From: a virus | Virus record (IMG/VR): IMGVR_UViG_3300025065_000001 | Location: 16,545-80,544 of that record | DNA length: 64,000 bases | Reading direction: 5' to 3' (one strand) | Shown here: positions 39,438 through 48,953 of the stretch, piece by piece | Position numbering within the stretch: position 1 is the stretch's first letter | Layout of the letters: the number at the start of each line of letters is the position of its first letter | Notes under the pieces: generated by a model | The model's input: only the letters and a program-made list of their open reading frames with translations | Database searches by the model: none | Told to the model about the DNA's origin: nothing | Translations under genes and position numbers: made by a program

Positions 39438-40046
39438 TCAAAGTTTACTTAGGTCTGCAGGGGTGTAATCAACAGACTTAAGCACTTTGCCAGCAGCATA
39501 GCTTTTACCATCTTTATCGGTACTCTCTTTTTTGACCTTAACGGCCCAGAGCGCGGTACCTTCATTTTTATTTTTATTGGTAAGTTTTACAGGTTTTGCT
39601 TCAACACTAACACCCAAGGTGGTGTAGTGGTCGAGTGTCGCTTGCACGTTATCATCGTTACATAGCTTACTCATATTCGAGTGATGGACAATATCCCAAG
39701 CTTTTAGGATATCGAAGTTTATTTCTTCGGAAGCCGATAGAAGTGTTTCTATGATGTTTAGTTCCCAAGCAGGCATGTGATTTAGGGTATGGTAGGACTG
39801 AACATACTTACCAAACAACACATATAGACTATCTACAATAGCATCTATTTTATCTACTCGGGTTTCTGCGCTGAAAAGCTCACGCATTTCCTCGCGGTAG
39901 AGGTCGAAGTGTAAGTTTAAAGATTCCGTGGTGAATCCAACATCAATAGGTAAGTCAAAAGCGGTTCTAAAATCTACAATATTCGCAAAGAACTTCTCGA
40001 AAATTTCAGCCGTTAAAAAGTTATATTTAATACCATGAAGTAGCAT
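39438..40046 (-). CDS. MazG-like nucleotide pyrophosphohydrolase
   Basis: EEMREL...DAIVDSLYV...VHHSNMSK...GKVLK. Confidence 0.8.
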   Translation of the reverse strand: MLLHGIKYNFLTAEIFEKFFANIVDFRTAFDLPIDVGFTTESLNLHFDLYREEMRELFSAETRVDKIDAIVDSLYVLFGKYVQSYHTLNHMPAWELNIIETLLSASEEINFDILKAWDIVHHSNMSKLCNDDNVQATLDHYTTLGVSVEAKPVKLTNKNKNEGTALWAVKVKKESTDKDGKSYAAGKVLKSVDYTPADLSKL

Positions 40047-40135
40047 CGTCAATTTCCTTTAATTTTTAAGTATGAGACCAGCATTATAAAAAGTAATCAA
40101 GTGAGTTGCTGGCAAACTAACTGGATTTTTATTAA

Positions 40136-40357
40136 TCAGATTAGTCTTCCTGAATCGTTTTTCTCAATGGTTGTAAGGTCGTTCTCCGGTTTTGGTTCTT
40201 GAAACGGTTCATAAGGTTCTGAACCTAGAGCCATTTTCTTAGATTTAGCGATTCGCTCTCGTATATAGCGGGGGATAATATAGAGCGCTGTAATTAACAG
40301 CGCTACCCATAAACCCCAAACGTAAAACTCTAGTTCGGTATTCAAAATTCTCTCCAA
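40136..40357 (-). CDS. Small single-TM protein
   Basis: Hydrophobic helix FYVWGLWVALLITALYII. Confidence 0.5.
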   Translation of the reverse strand: MERILNTELEFYVWGLWVALLITALYIIPRYIRERIAKSKKMALGSEPYEPFQEPKPENDLTTIEKNDSGRLI

Positions 40358-41028
40358 GGTTCTGCGTCCGGCATATCAACTTCTTCCCACTGCGGGTCGT
40401 CAAACTCCGGTCCTAGTTCCTCAAACTCGGGTTCGTTAGCGGAAACCACGAATTCAGACATTATCTTGTGCACCAAATCATAAGTTAGGTCACAATCAGC
40501 AACGGCGCGATGTAGCGTTCCTTTGGGCGTAATGCCTTCTAGTGCTGCGGCATCTACAAGCTTAAAGCTGCGGTTGCGACCATGAAGGTGATTGTAGATA
40601 CGCGCTCGTCTCGAGTACTCGGTCATAGCACAGAAGTACTCTTTAGCACCAAAGTAACCGTTACAGTTAATATTCCACGCCGCATTGGTTTGCACTAGCA
40701 TTTGGATATCGAAGTTCGCGTTATAAATGATCACGGTCTTTCCCTTTACCGCTTCCATCAGCTTATAGCGAACCTCCGGCCAAGTAGGTGCCAAAGCACA
40801 AGACTGAAGGCTAATGCCGTGAACAGCTTGTGCTTTAGGGTCGATATCCCGAGTAGGGCGTACCAGCGTATCGAGTAATACTTTTCCGGTTAGGCCATCT
40901 TTTACCGCAATTTCTACGATTTGATGGCCATGGCCTATACCTGTCGTTTCAGTATCTAGCGTGCACCAGTGTTTTCCAAGTAGATACGAAAACGGAGCTG
41001 GTAAATTATTTCCGGTTGCTGGGGCCAT
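40342..41028 (-). CDS. DEDDh 3'-5' exonuclease (DnaQ-like)
   Basis: LDTETTG, YNANFD, HRAVAD. Confidence 0.9.
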   Translation of the reverse strand: MAPATGNNLPAPFSYLLGKHWCTLDTETTGIGHGHQIVEIAVKDGLTGKVLLDTLVRPTRDIDPKAQAVHGISLQSCALAPTWPEVRYKLMEAVKGKTVIIYNANFDIQMLVQTNAAWNINCNGYFGAKEYFCAMTEYSRRARIYNHLHGRNRSFKLVDAAALEGITPKGTLHRAVADCDLTYDLVHKIMSEFVVSANEPEFEELGPEFDDPQWEEVDMPDAEPWREF

Positions 41029-41209
41029 GTGTGTCTCTCAGTAAAGGATGTTGCGGGTTTAGTTCCCGCAACGCATGTTCAAGTAATAAGGCGCGTTCTA
41101 TCTGGCTACTTATTTGTGTGATAAGTCGAGACTTATCACACAAAGAACCACAACAGAATTCAGCCTCAGGGGTAAGCTGTACTATCACCCCAGGAATATG
41201 CGAACTCAT
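41006..41209 (-). CDS. Hypothetical protein
   Basis: Short ORF overlapping both neighbours. Confidence 0.4.
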   Translation of the reverse strand: MSSHIPGVIVQLTPEAEFCCGSLCDKSRLITQISSQIERALLLEHALRELNPQHPLLRDTHGPSNRK

Positions 41210-44082
41210 GCGGCCACCTCCACAGGAACTACAGGTTCGTGTCCCATTAGATAAGCAACAACATTATGTCGGTATTCCGTGGTGAGCTTAGTATCTTTCA
41301 GTTCCTTTGGAATATACCCTTCAAGCTCCGGTGCTTCGTCTAGTTCGACTTGACCGAACGGGGCCTTCGTTGGGTGATACGGCTCGAGCGTGCGACCAAC
41401 TGAAACGGTACCATCTAGTTTCAGCCAGCTCACTAAGTCAGGGTGACTACACATCACTTCGAGTATGCGTTGACCAAAATCAACAGCTTGGTCCCATCGT
41501 ACACTAAATACTAATTCGTCGTGAATAGGCATTACGATATCTGCGTCCCATTTTGTATCTGGGGCATTAATCTCGTGCCATAGTTTGAGCATCGAGCGCT
41601 TAGCTAACGTTGCACAACCACCTTGAATTTTAGCATTTACCGCTTGGTTCCCAGCTCGGCGTTGAATCTTCTTAGCGATAAACGCCCCGAACTGTGACAA
41701 TACCGGATCGTTATACGCATCCCACTTGGCCGTGAAGTGATAGAACCAATCGTTGGTACCTTCGTATTTATAACGTCTGTGACCATCGAAGATATCAACG
41801 TAACCTTGTACTTCAATCTCGCGCTGGGTGTTTATTCTCCATTGCTCTGCAACAGGGAAGGTATCTCGATAGTTGTCGGTACCCGCCCACATTTCATCCG
41901 ACGTCCAACCTAGCTTATCCTGTACCGTCATTAGAGAGCCCGAGTACCAGTAACCGAAGTTAGAAGGTTTACCGGCTGAACCACGCCACCATTTAGCCAC
42001 TTCATAAGGTTCAAGCGCTGCGTTTTTAACTGGGTCAATAAGCACTCGAGAGTACTGCAGTTTGAACGCTTCTAATTCTTGGCCCTCGAGGTTCTTAATA
42101 CTAGCCAACATACCCGAAGTAAAATCAGGGTAGAAAACCTTGATTGCTGAGGTTGCCGCGCCTAAATGCAAATCATCATAAGGTATCTGGCCATAAGCCT
42201 TCTGGAAGTTAGGGTCTTTACTTAACTCCCCAATCAACACAAGTTCTACCTGAGACCAATCCACAGCAACCAATAAATGGTCGTCACGATGTGGTAAGAA
42301 GAACCCCCGAATATAGGTAGATTCACCACGTTTACTTAGCTGCATCGGGTTAGGGTTCTCAGCGGCCATCCGGCGCGTGTTAAGTCGCGAACTAATAATC
42401 GGGTACATACGGTCTGTCTCAGGGTCCGTAAGTAGCAAATAGTTCGTGATATACAACTTCATTCGCTGTTCTATCTGAGCCAGCTTATTAATTGCTGTTA
42501 TTACTTGCTTAGCTGTCTCAGTCGGATACTGATCACAACACTGTTGCGCAAGAACTTGTAACGTTTCTTCCGGCAGCTCAGCTAACTGGCCATAGCGTTT
42601 CCATTCCTTAACCCAAAGCGCGGGGTCAGAGCCTAAACGTTCAGCAAACTCAATCAGCTTACCGCGTGCCTCGGCATCCGTTTTGATATCACCTTTGATA
42701 TAAACGAACGGCAGATACAGTAAGTCGTGAAATAACGTGCGCTGTACCATGTAATGCGAGAAGTTACCGCGTAAGTCGAGTTCCTTCTTCTTGAGCTTGA
42801 ACTTTTCTTCTTCCATCCAGGGTATTGAAACCGGTCCTGAGGTTAGCGTGGCAAAATCGAAGTCTTCAACGGGGGCGTCGTGTACTTCGTGGGCTAACAT
42901 AAAGTCCGCATAACCATCTTTTAGAAACAATATCTTGTCACGATAGCGCTGGTACGAAATACCTTCCTTTCCAACATACCATTTAGGTTGTTTCTGATAG
43001 AGACGCGGGGCAGGGGCCTCGGGGAACTCTAAGGTTTGAAGTAGTTCGCCTAGCTCTTTAATTACTTCGATGTAGTTGGAGCGTTCCGTTTCACGGCGGG
43101 AAAGAACCGCGTCTTTGTTAACCCGCCAACCTTTTACCCAGCAATCCGAGTAAACGTAACACATTGGGTTTTCTTGCTCGAAGAACGTGCGTAACACTTC
43201 AGGATTCGTGTTCTGCATGAATTGGCAAAGCCAATCGTAAAGACGTACACACCAGTAAGCATCGTCCGCACCGTAATGAAGGACTTCTTCACCGGTGAGT
43301 AACCCCATATGGGATTTACCCTGAAGCGCATCTTTAAATGACGTCTGCTTGTAGCCAAAGATACGTTCTGTGATCTGCTTTAGGTTGTACCCGTAGTTAA
43401 TCGACTTCACATACCCATTGTAGCTATGGTCGGCCTTCGACTCTTTGGCCAATACCTTTTGCATAAGTTCTTGCTGAGCGGTATCTAACTTTCTAAAGTC
43501 TTGAACCCCCGCGAAGGTACGGCGTATTTGAGGGATAAGTTTCTTAATCCCTAGTAGGTCCGACTGGCGGAACACTTCAATATCATACTGGTCCGAATTA
43601 TAGGCCGATACCGCCATTTGAAGCGTATCTACATAGTTCCAACCTAAGTCTATACCTAAGCTTTTAAAGCACATCGTCCGTTCAAAGGGATAGTTATGAA
43701 TTATCTTCAACGGGTGATCTGCCATATATTGAACAAAGCTACGGATAATATCTGGCGGTATACGATTGTCTGCATCAGCGTGGGCGGCGTTTGCATAATA
43801 AACGGTAGTATCCCCTCGGATATACAGAGAAAAGCCCGTCACCGTTGTTCTGTTGATATCAAAGACCAGCTTCTTAGGGTTGCGATAGTCCTCATCATCT
43901 TTGTTTAACTTCATGAATTGGTTCAGGCCTTCATGCCTGTCAGCATCATGGGTTTCAATATCGAAACCCACAGGCTGTCCCATCTGGTTAATTTTGGCTT
44001 TGATTTCCTCGAGAACATGGACATTACGAGCATCAACCAATTGCTCGACTAGTCCAGTTCTCTCGTTAATTTGCGAGTACAT
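41206..44082 (-). CDS. Family A DNA polymerase
   Basis: Exonuclease FDIET/HNYPFE/YGADD; motif A DWSQVEL, motif B KPSNFGYWY, motif C IHDEL. Confidence 0.93.
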   Translation of the reverse strand: MYSQINERTGLVEQLVDARNVHVLEEIKAKINQMGQPVGFDIETHDADRHEGLNQFMKLNKDDEDYRNPKKLVFDINRTTVTGFSLYIRGDTTVYYANAAHADADNRIPPDIIRSFVQYMADHPLKIIHNYPFERTMCFKSLGIDLGWNYVDTLQMAVSAYNSDQYDIEVFRQSDLLGIKKLIPQIRRTFAGVQDFRKLDTAQQELMQKVLAKESKADHSYNGYVKSINYGYNLKQITERIFGYKQTSFKDALQGKSHMGLLTGEEVLHYGADDAYWCVRLYDWLCQFMQNTNPEVLRTFFEQENPMCYVYSDCWVKGWRVNKDAVLSRRETERSNYIEVIKELGELLQTLEFPEAPAPRLYQKQPKWYVGKEGISYQRYRDKILFLKDGYADFMLAHEVHDAPVEDFDFATLTSGPVSIPWMEEEKFKLKKKELDLRGNFSHYMVQRTLFHDLLYLPFVYIKGDIKTDAEARGKLIEFAERLGSDPALWVKEWKRYGQLAELPEETLQVLAQQCCDQYPTETAKQVITAINKLAQIEQRMKLYITNYLLLTDPETDRMYPIISSRLNTRRMAAENPNPMQLSKRGESTYIRGFFLPHRDDHLLVAVDWSQVELVLIGELSKDPNFQKAYGQIPYDDLHLGAATSAIKVFYPDFTSGMLASIKNLEGQELEAFKLQYSRVLIDPVKNAALEPYEVAKWWRGSAGKPSNFGYWYSGSLMTVQDKLGWTSDEMWAGTDNYRDTFPVAEQWRINTQREIEVQGYVDIFDGHRRYKYEGTNDWFYHFTAKWDAYNDPVLSQFGAFIAKKIQRRAGNQAVNAKIQGGCATLAKRSMLKLWHEINAPDTKWDADIVMPIHDELVFSVRWDQAVDFGQRILEVMCSHPDLVSWLKLDGTVSVGRTLEPYHPTKAPFGQVELDEAPELEGYIPKELKDTKLTTEYRHNVVAYLMGHEPVVPVEVAA

Positions 44083-44508
44083 TTACTGCCACTCTTGGTC
44101 TTCTTCTTCAGAAGACCTCACAGGTATAGCCGATTCATCAAACAACTTGCCTAACTCGGCCATAACGCGCTGTATGCCGCCTTCATTATGTTTTGCTGCA
44201 AAGTATGCGTCTTTAAGTGCAATAACTTGTTTGGGATTAAGATACCCTAGCTCGGCAAGAGCTATCTGCACCCCTTGGTCATGTAATTTAACGATTCGTC
44301 TTGATATCTCTTGGAATACTGAGTAGTTCTCTGAGGATATACTCGACTGCTCAATAATATCTTTATTGAATTGGGTTTTTACCCTAACGGTATTTTCATA
44401 GTCTTTAGGTTCTACAACCAGAGGCCTACCAACTTCCGGCATTGGTGTACCTGAACTTGCTTCTGGTAAAACTTCATCAACTTTTTGCATTGGTGGAACA
44501 AATGGCAT
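44083..44508 (-). CDS. Hypothetical protein
   Basis: ORF with box at its start. Confidence 0.6.
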   Translation of the reverse strand: MPFVPPMQKVDEVLPEASSGTPMPEVGRPLVVEPKDYENTVRVKTQFNKDIIEQSSISSENYSVFQEISRRIVKLHDQGVQIALAELGYLNPKQVIALKDAYFAAKHNEGGIQRVMAELGKLFDESAIPVRSSEEEDQEWQ

Positions 44509-44519
44509 CGTCAATCTCC

Positions 44520-45407
44520 TTACTCTTCGTTATTCAAATTAAACGCCGCTTTAAGGTCCAGCGCTAACGATAGAAGTGCACTGGCTCCGAGATAGATTTC
44601 TGAATCGAGACGCGCTTCCTGTTGGTCCTTAGGAATATCGTCGCTTTCTTCAATCAAGCGGTCTGAATACTTGATACGCTTAACAGAACCATCTTCACAG
44701 AGCATAGCGGTCAATTGGTCGTCATAACTGACAGCAAGTTTCTGAACGAGCTTGCCTGAGTCTAAACACAGTTGAATTTCTTCTGAGTCGAGTTCTTGAT
44801 TTTTTGCACGGATAACCGCTTTGGTCTCATCTGTGGCTTGAAGCTCAGTCTCTTCGAGCAATTCAAATTTGTCAGGGTGGCCATTAACAATCCAGCTTGT
44901 TAGGTCTGAAGCGAGAGACCGTCTTGCGAATGGAACTACGGGTAAACTACCTAGCGCTTTACGAAGTACCGCAAGGAAGATTTCGGCCTCACCATCTGAA
45001 GAGGCATTCACTAACACTAGTTTATGCTCTGGGATGATTGTGCCAATAGTTGAGGTTTGGTCTGTGAACGCACGCGGCGTTAGGTGCGTAACTATTTCTT
45101 CTTTTAAGTCTTGACGCTGTTTTTTCCCAACCGGTGATCCCGTTTCCGCTTCAACAAGCTTAACTTTTTCTTCTAACTCACGGTTGATAACTCGCGCAGG
45201 GAGTATCTTGCTTTCTTTCAAAAGCTTAACCGTGTAAATACCTTGAACCTCATGAGCCAGTAAAGAACCAATGATAGGTGCAAAACCTAGAGAGGCTAGG
45301 GTATGTGAACCGCAAGGGTGGAAGGGGATTGCCTCTAGCGCTGGCACTAGGTTAGACAAGTCTACATTTTGAGTGAGTGAATAAATCTTTGCGTTTTTAA
45401 AATACAT
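44520..45407 (-). CDS. rdgC: Recombination-associated protein RdgC
   Basis: MYFKNAKIYSL...FHPCGS...ESKILPARVI...LRKALGSLPVVP...GKLVQKLA. Confidence 0.92.
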   Translation of the reverse strand: MYFKNAKIYSLTQNVDLSNLVPALEAIPFHPCGSHTLASLGFAPIIGSLLAHEVQGIYTVKLLKESKILPARVINRELEEKVKLVEAETGSPVGKKQRQDLKEEIVTHLTPRAFTDQTSTIGTIIPEHKLVLVNASSDGEAEIFLAVLRKALGSLPVVPFARRSLASDLTSWIVNGHPDKFELLEETELQATDETKAVIRAKNQELDSEEIQLCLDSGKLVQKLAVSYDDQLTAMLCEDGSVKRIKYSDRLIEESDDIPKDQQEARLDSEIYLGASALLSLALDLKAAFNLNNEE

Positions 45408-45431
45408 CGTCAATTTCCTGTTTTTAGTTAG

Positions 45432-45587
45432 TTAAGCTGGTAGTTGCTGTTTCATTTCTTCAACATCGGCCATAGCATCACCACAACAATCTCTAAGGCA
45501 TGGCTTCCAATGTCGTTCCGCGAATTCTTGAACAATCTCTAGGGCCTTCGCAACTTCCTCAAGAGACTCTTTAGTTTCCTTTGACAT
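45432..45587 (-). CDS. Small hypothetical protein (51 aa, not in the ORF track)
   Basis: Hand-translated MSKETKESLEEVAKALEIVQEF...KQQLPA; fills the operon gap. Confidence 0.5.
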   Translation of the reverse strand: MSKETKESLEEVAKALEIVQEFAERHWKPCLRDCCGDAMADVEEMKQQLPA

Positions 45588-45589
45588 AA

Positions 45590-45748
45590 TTAAAAGCCTT
45601 TCGAAGGATCATACACACCCCTAGGCTCTCGGCTCGGGAGGTCTTTTAAACGCATCCCTGCGGTACTATCACGCTTCGTAAAACTTGTAACTGGTAAGCG
45701 GTTCTCTTTGTTCTGAGACTCTTTAAAACGGTTGAATTCTTTACCCAT
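45590..45748 (-). CDS. Small hypothetical protein
   Basis: ATG after AAGGAG in the junction repeat. Confidence 0.5.
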   Translation of the reverse strand: MGKEFNRFKESQNKENRLPVTSFTKRDSTAGMRLKDLPSREPRGVYDPSKGF

Positions 45749-46028
45749 GCTCGTGCTCCTTGCGTAGTTGTTCAAGCATAGGTTTGAGCCCTATAACCTG
45801 GTCACCTTCAACCACCAATCGATACAGCATGGCAATATTCTGAGTGATTTCTTGTTTCAAATTTGAGTAAGACTGACGCCCTTCAGCGCAATGAACGGCA
45901 TCCTTAACAACCTCGCCACTTTCTTCTGCAACTTTGCAAACAACGTAATTTGGCTGTGGAAATTTTGACATTGCCTTTTCAGCCTCGGTAACCGCATCAA
46001 GAATTATTTGTTCAAACAGTTTATTCAC
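45741..46028 (-). CDS. Small MazG-like protein
   Basis: KVAEESGEVVKDA...EITQ. Confidence 0.55.
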   Translation of the reverse strand: MNKLFEQIILDAVTEAEKAMSKFPQPNYVVCKVAEESGEVVKDAVHCAEGRQSYSNLKQEITQNIAMLYRLVVEGDQVIGLKPMLEQLRKEHEHG

Positions 46029-46389
46029 TGGCTTGCTCCTTGCGTAGTTGTTCTATTTCCCAATTGCAAGCATCGGAGACAACATCATAACTAGTCTCGT
46101 AAGCAACCTTCTTCAGCGCTTCAATCTTCTTCTCTATGGCGAATTTTTTTAAAAGCTTTTCACCTAAAGCCCAAGTTGATTCTCGCCCTGTAGCAAGTGT
46201 TAACATTGACAGCTCATCTTCGAGTTCACTGACTCGCTCCTTAGCCTTTGACAACCTATTAGGCATATCTACGAGGCTACTCCTATCGAACAAATTGGAA
46301 CAAAAATGAGTTACAGCCTTTATTTGTGATGCTGTCAGGTCTTCAGGGAGAAAATTCATCATTTCCTCAATAAATTTAGCTTTGTCCAT
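46021..46389 (-). CDS. Hypothetical protein
   Basis: Coupled ORF ending QLRKEQASE. Confidence 0.6.
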   Translation of the reverse strand: MDKAKFIEEMMNFLPEDLTASQIKAVTHFCSNLFDRSSLVDMPNRLSKAKERVSELEDELSMLTLATGRESTWALGEKLLKKFAIEKKIEALKKVAYETSYDVVSDACNWEIEQLRKEQASE

Positions 46390-46648
46390 GCGCTTTCTCC
46401 TTACGCGTCAGTTTCTTTTGCCACACGAAGGGATGCCAGTCTCTCGAGTAAGCAAAGTGGGTTCTCATGGGGTAACTGAAGGGGTCTCGGATTGAAAACC
46501 GACCCAGCGAATAAAGCTTCCAAGTGCCGTACTGGCGCAAATTGTTTAAAAGCTGTACGTTAAAGCGCCAAAACTTACTAGATTTATTGTCGATAATTCG
46601 AGGTCTAAACTTCATAATGTAAAATATATAAATTGCTCTAACCATCAC
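46376..46648 (-). CDS. Hypothetical basic protein
   Basis: Start follows the junction repeat; exact start uncertain. Confidence 0.45.
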   Translation of the reverse strand: MMVRAIYIFYIMKFRPRIIDNKSSKFWRFNVQLLNNLRQYGTWKLYSLGRFSIRDPFSYPMRTHFAYSRDWHPFVWQKKLTRKEKAHGQS

Positions 46649-46929
46649 TCTTGCTCCTTGCGTAGTTGTGGAGCCCATTGGGCCTTAGGCTTATGTTCAG
46701 TTAACTTCCCACTTATATTCTGCTCATACAAAACAAAAACAGTATTATTGTGCTTTGCGCTTTGCCCCGTCTCTTTTGCTTCATCTATTGCGCCTTGACA
46801 AGTGCTGCCTGTAATATTTACGTCAATACCGTAATGAGAAAAAAGTGCGTTGCTTATAACCTCTAAAACTTCGCTTTTTCCTGAGCCAGTTTTTCCGCTT
46901 ACCGTTATTTCTATAATGTTACTTTTCAT
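46645..46929 (-). CDS. Small protein with P-loop-like motif
   Basis: ITVSGKTGSGKS; ends QLRKEQE. Confidence 0.55.
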   Translation of the reverse strand: MKSNIIEITVSGKTGSGKSEVLEVISNALFSHYGIDVNITGSTCQGAIDEAKETGQSAKHNNTVFVLYEQNISGKLTEHKPKAQWAPQLRKEQE

Positions 46930-46931
46930 CA

Positions 46932-47105
46932 CTATTGCTCCAACTCTTGAACCCATGAATCCATCACATCCGAGCGGTACTCATTAATTAAGTCCTTCTG
47001 TTCCTGCTCCGACATTGCATCCCATTGCTCTTTGGTAACGTCTAAGTCCGTACTACACTCAGAACCCTCGGCGTTTGTTCTTACAAAGAAGTGCATGGTT
47101 TTCAT
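46932..47105 (-). CDS. Small acidic protein (57 aa, not in the ORF track)
   Basis: Hand-translated MKTMHFFVRTNAEGSECSTDL...WVQELEQ. Confidence 0.55.
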   Translation of the reverse strand: MKTMHFFVRTNAEGSECSTDLDVTKEQWDAMSEQEQKDLINEYRSDVMDSWVQELEQ

Positions 47106-47109
47106 AATC

Positions 47110-47316
47110 CTATACCCTCATCCAAGTTTGATAATCGGCTTCAGTAAGCCTTTGTTCTTGCTCTGCTTCTCGCTTCTCATGTTGAGCTAAGTCGCTCTTA
47201 TGCTCAGAACAAGCGAACGTACTAGCAAAGCCATTCTCACGATAAACCGCTCTTTCAGTTTTAGGGGCGCAGAACGAGCACCACGGGCCGAGCTGATTAG
47301 CTTTTAGTTTTTTCAT
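47110..47316 (-). CDS. Small Cys/His protein
   Basis: WCSFC...ACSEH; ATG after AAGGAG. Confidence 0.55.
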   Translation of the reverse strand: MKKLKANQLGPWCSFCAPKTERAVYRENGFASTFACSEHKSDLAQHEKREAEQEQRLTEADYQTWMRV

Positions 47317-47803
47317 GGTCTTGCTCCTTTCGTAGTTGCCTAGCGGTAACCCCAACAATATTAAAAATTTTGTCCCCTAAAACATCAGGATTTATCTTAA
47401 CCTCGTTGTCTAACTCGTTAATACATGATTCATAGACCAGTGAAGCCAGAGCCTTTACTTTATTTCTAAGTTCGGACACTTCTCTTGTAAGCTTGTGGTT
47501 TCTATCAATAACCGACACGTTTTGACGCATACGAACGTGAGCCCTTTCGCATAACCCTTGAATCTCGGTGTTATCCGTTAAGTGCTTAACTCGGATAAAC
47601 TCATCAAGCAAAAGGTCGTTTTGGTCAGTTGATAAAGTAAGCTCTTTCTCCAAAACAGCAAATTCCTCTAATAAGTTCTTATAATCCTCTTTGCCCTTAC
47701 TTAGCTCCCCGTCCATTTCGTTCAGAGCTTCTACAACGCTAGTCATTGGCATCCTAAAACCGTTGCAATAAATGAAGCCATTATTAAATTTGTATTTGCT
47801 CAC
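47297..47803 (-). CDS. Coiled-coil hypothetical protein
   Basis: Ends QLRKEQDHEKTKS. Confidence 0.6.
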   Translation of the reverse strand: MSKYKFNNGFIYCNGFRMPMTSVVEALNEMDGELSKGKEDYKNLLEEFAVLEKELTLSTDQNDLLLDEFIRVKHLTDNTEIQGLCERAHVRMRQNVSVIDRNHKLTREVSELRNKVKALASLVYESCINELDNEVKINPDVLGDKIFNIVGVTARQLRKEQDHEKTKS

Positions 47804-48318
47804 GCTACTTTCTCCTTCTCAAGCTGGTCATTCTCCCACTTTGAGAGGTAGTCGAACGCGCCGAGGTTTTCGTAAATTTTGCCGAGGGTCTCGAGGTCGA
47901 GGTTTTCCGTTTCATCTATAACCGGAATAGCGACCCAGGCCATCGTGATAACATGAAGTGGGTTCTGTTTTTCTTTGAATGCCACATGAACATCAATGAG
48001 ATATTTATTTAAACGCTCGTCTGATTGGCGGTAACGCGATTGGAAATAATGGGGCTCACTTACGACGTACTCTTTTCCGTTCTGGTCACGACAGACCACA
48101 GAGCATTCGTAATACCAATTGAAACAACCTTTCTCAACGCTCTCGGCCACATCCACCGTTACGTTAAGCTCCTCACCCGTCTTATAGTCAATAAGCGTGC
48201 AATACTTCGTTTCACCCAACACCATCGCGATAGCAAAGTTCTTCACTTTGTCGCGAACCACAAGGTCTAGGTACTTTCTAGGGTTGTATTTCTTATTACG
48301 CTTGGCTTTCTTTTTCAT
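47800..48318 (-). CDS. Hypothetical phage protein
   Basis: KRNKKYNPRK N-terminus; variant box GGAAATTGACTGATG. Confidence 0.6.
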   Translation of the reverse strand: MKKKAKRNKKYNPRKYLDLVVRDKVKNFAIAMVLGETKYCTLIDYKTGEELNVTVDVAESVEKGCFNWYYECSVVCRDQNGKEYVVSEPHYFQSRYRQSDERLNKYLIDVHVAFKEKQNPLHVITMAWVAIPVIDETENLDLETLGKIYENLGAFDYLSKWENDQLEKEKVA

Positions 48319-48922
48319 CAGTCAATTTCCGGTTGTCTATCTTCTTGCTGCGACGCTTTTTAGGCTTCTCCCAGTTAAGGCGCCCAACGTTCGAGTCTAC
48401 GAGTAAAATCCCTGTAGGGTCCCAGCAGAACCACGCATACTCGCAGCTATCACCACCCCCACCACTAAAGTCAGGGCGAGGTACCGCGACAATAATTTTA
48501 TCGGGCGGATTATCAGCCCAGAACTGTTCACGCTTCTTTGTCCCTAAAGCGTTAATACGCATTAAGAAGCATACAAACCCGTGGTCCGCGGCCTCACTGC
48601 GTGCTTTGGTGACAAACTCTTCGAAAAGCGAGAATGGGGGATTAGTTACGATAATATCGAAGTGTAATGGGCTAAGGTCTGTCTCTAGGTAGTTCAAACC
48701 TTCCTGAATTTCGCAGTAATACTTTTCAAAGTCCTGTGGTACCAAGTCGTAGATATTTCTTTTCAGACCACGACACGGCTCTAGGAACCTAGCTGGCCGG
48801 TTGTCGTAGGACGCAAAGTGCCTAAGTGCATCCCAGTCAATATACTTGAATAAGGCTTCGACAAGTTCTCGCGGGGTAGGGTAGTCTTCGAACTCAGCGA
48901 CCTTTTTATTTGTGCTACTCAT
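48296..48922 (-). CDS. DNA amino-methyltransferase (N6A/N4C)
   Basis: YPTP, LEPC, TNPPFS, EYAWFCW. Confidence 0.8.
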   Translation of the reverse strand: MSSTNKKVAEFEDYPTPRELVEALFKYIDWDALRHFASYDNRPARFLEPCRGLKRNIYDLVPQDFEKYYCEIQEGLNYLETDLSPLHFDIIVTNPPFSLFEEFVTKARSEAADHGFVCFLMRINALGTKKREQFWADNPPDKIIVAVPRPDFSGGGGDSCEYAWFCWDPTGILLVDSNVGRLNWEKPKKRRSKKIDNRKLTDEKESQA

Positions 48923-48953
48923 AATCGTTCTCGAGGGGCCGAAGCCCCAGCCA

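Larger units (their letters stand above)
45754..47338 (-). repeat. Gene-junction repeat CAACTACGCAAGGAGCA (4 copies)
   Basis: 45754-70, 46034-50, 46652-68, and 47322-38 with 1 mismatch. Confidence 0.9.
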
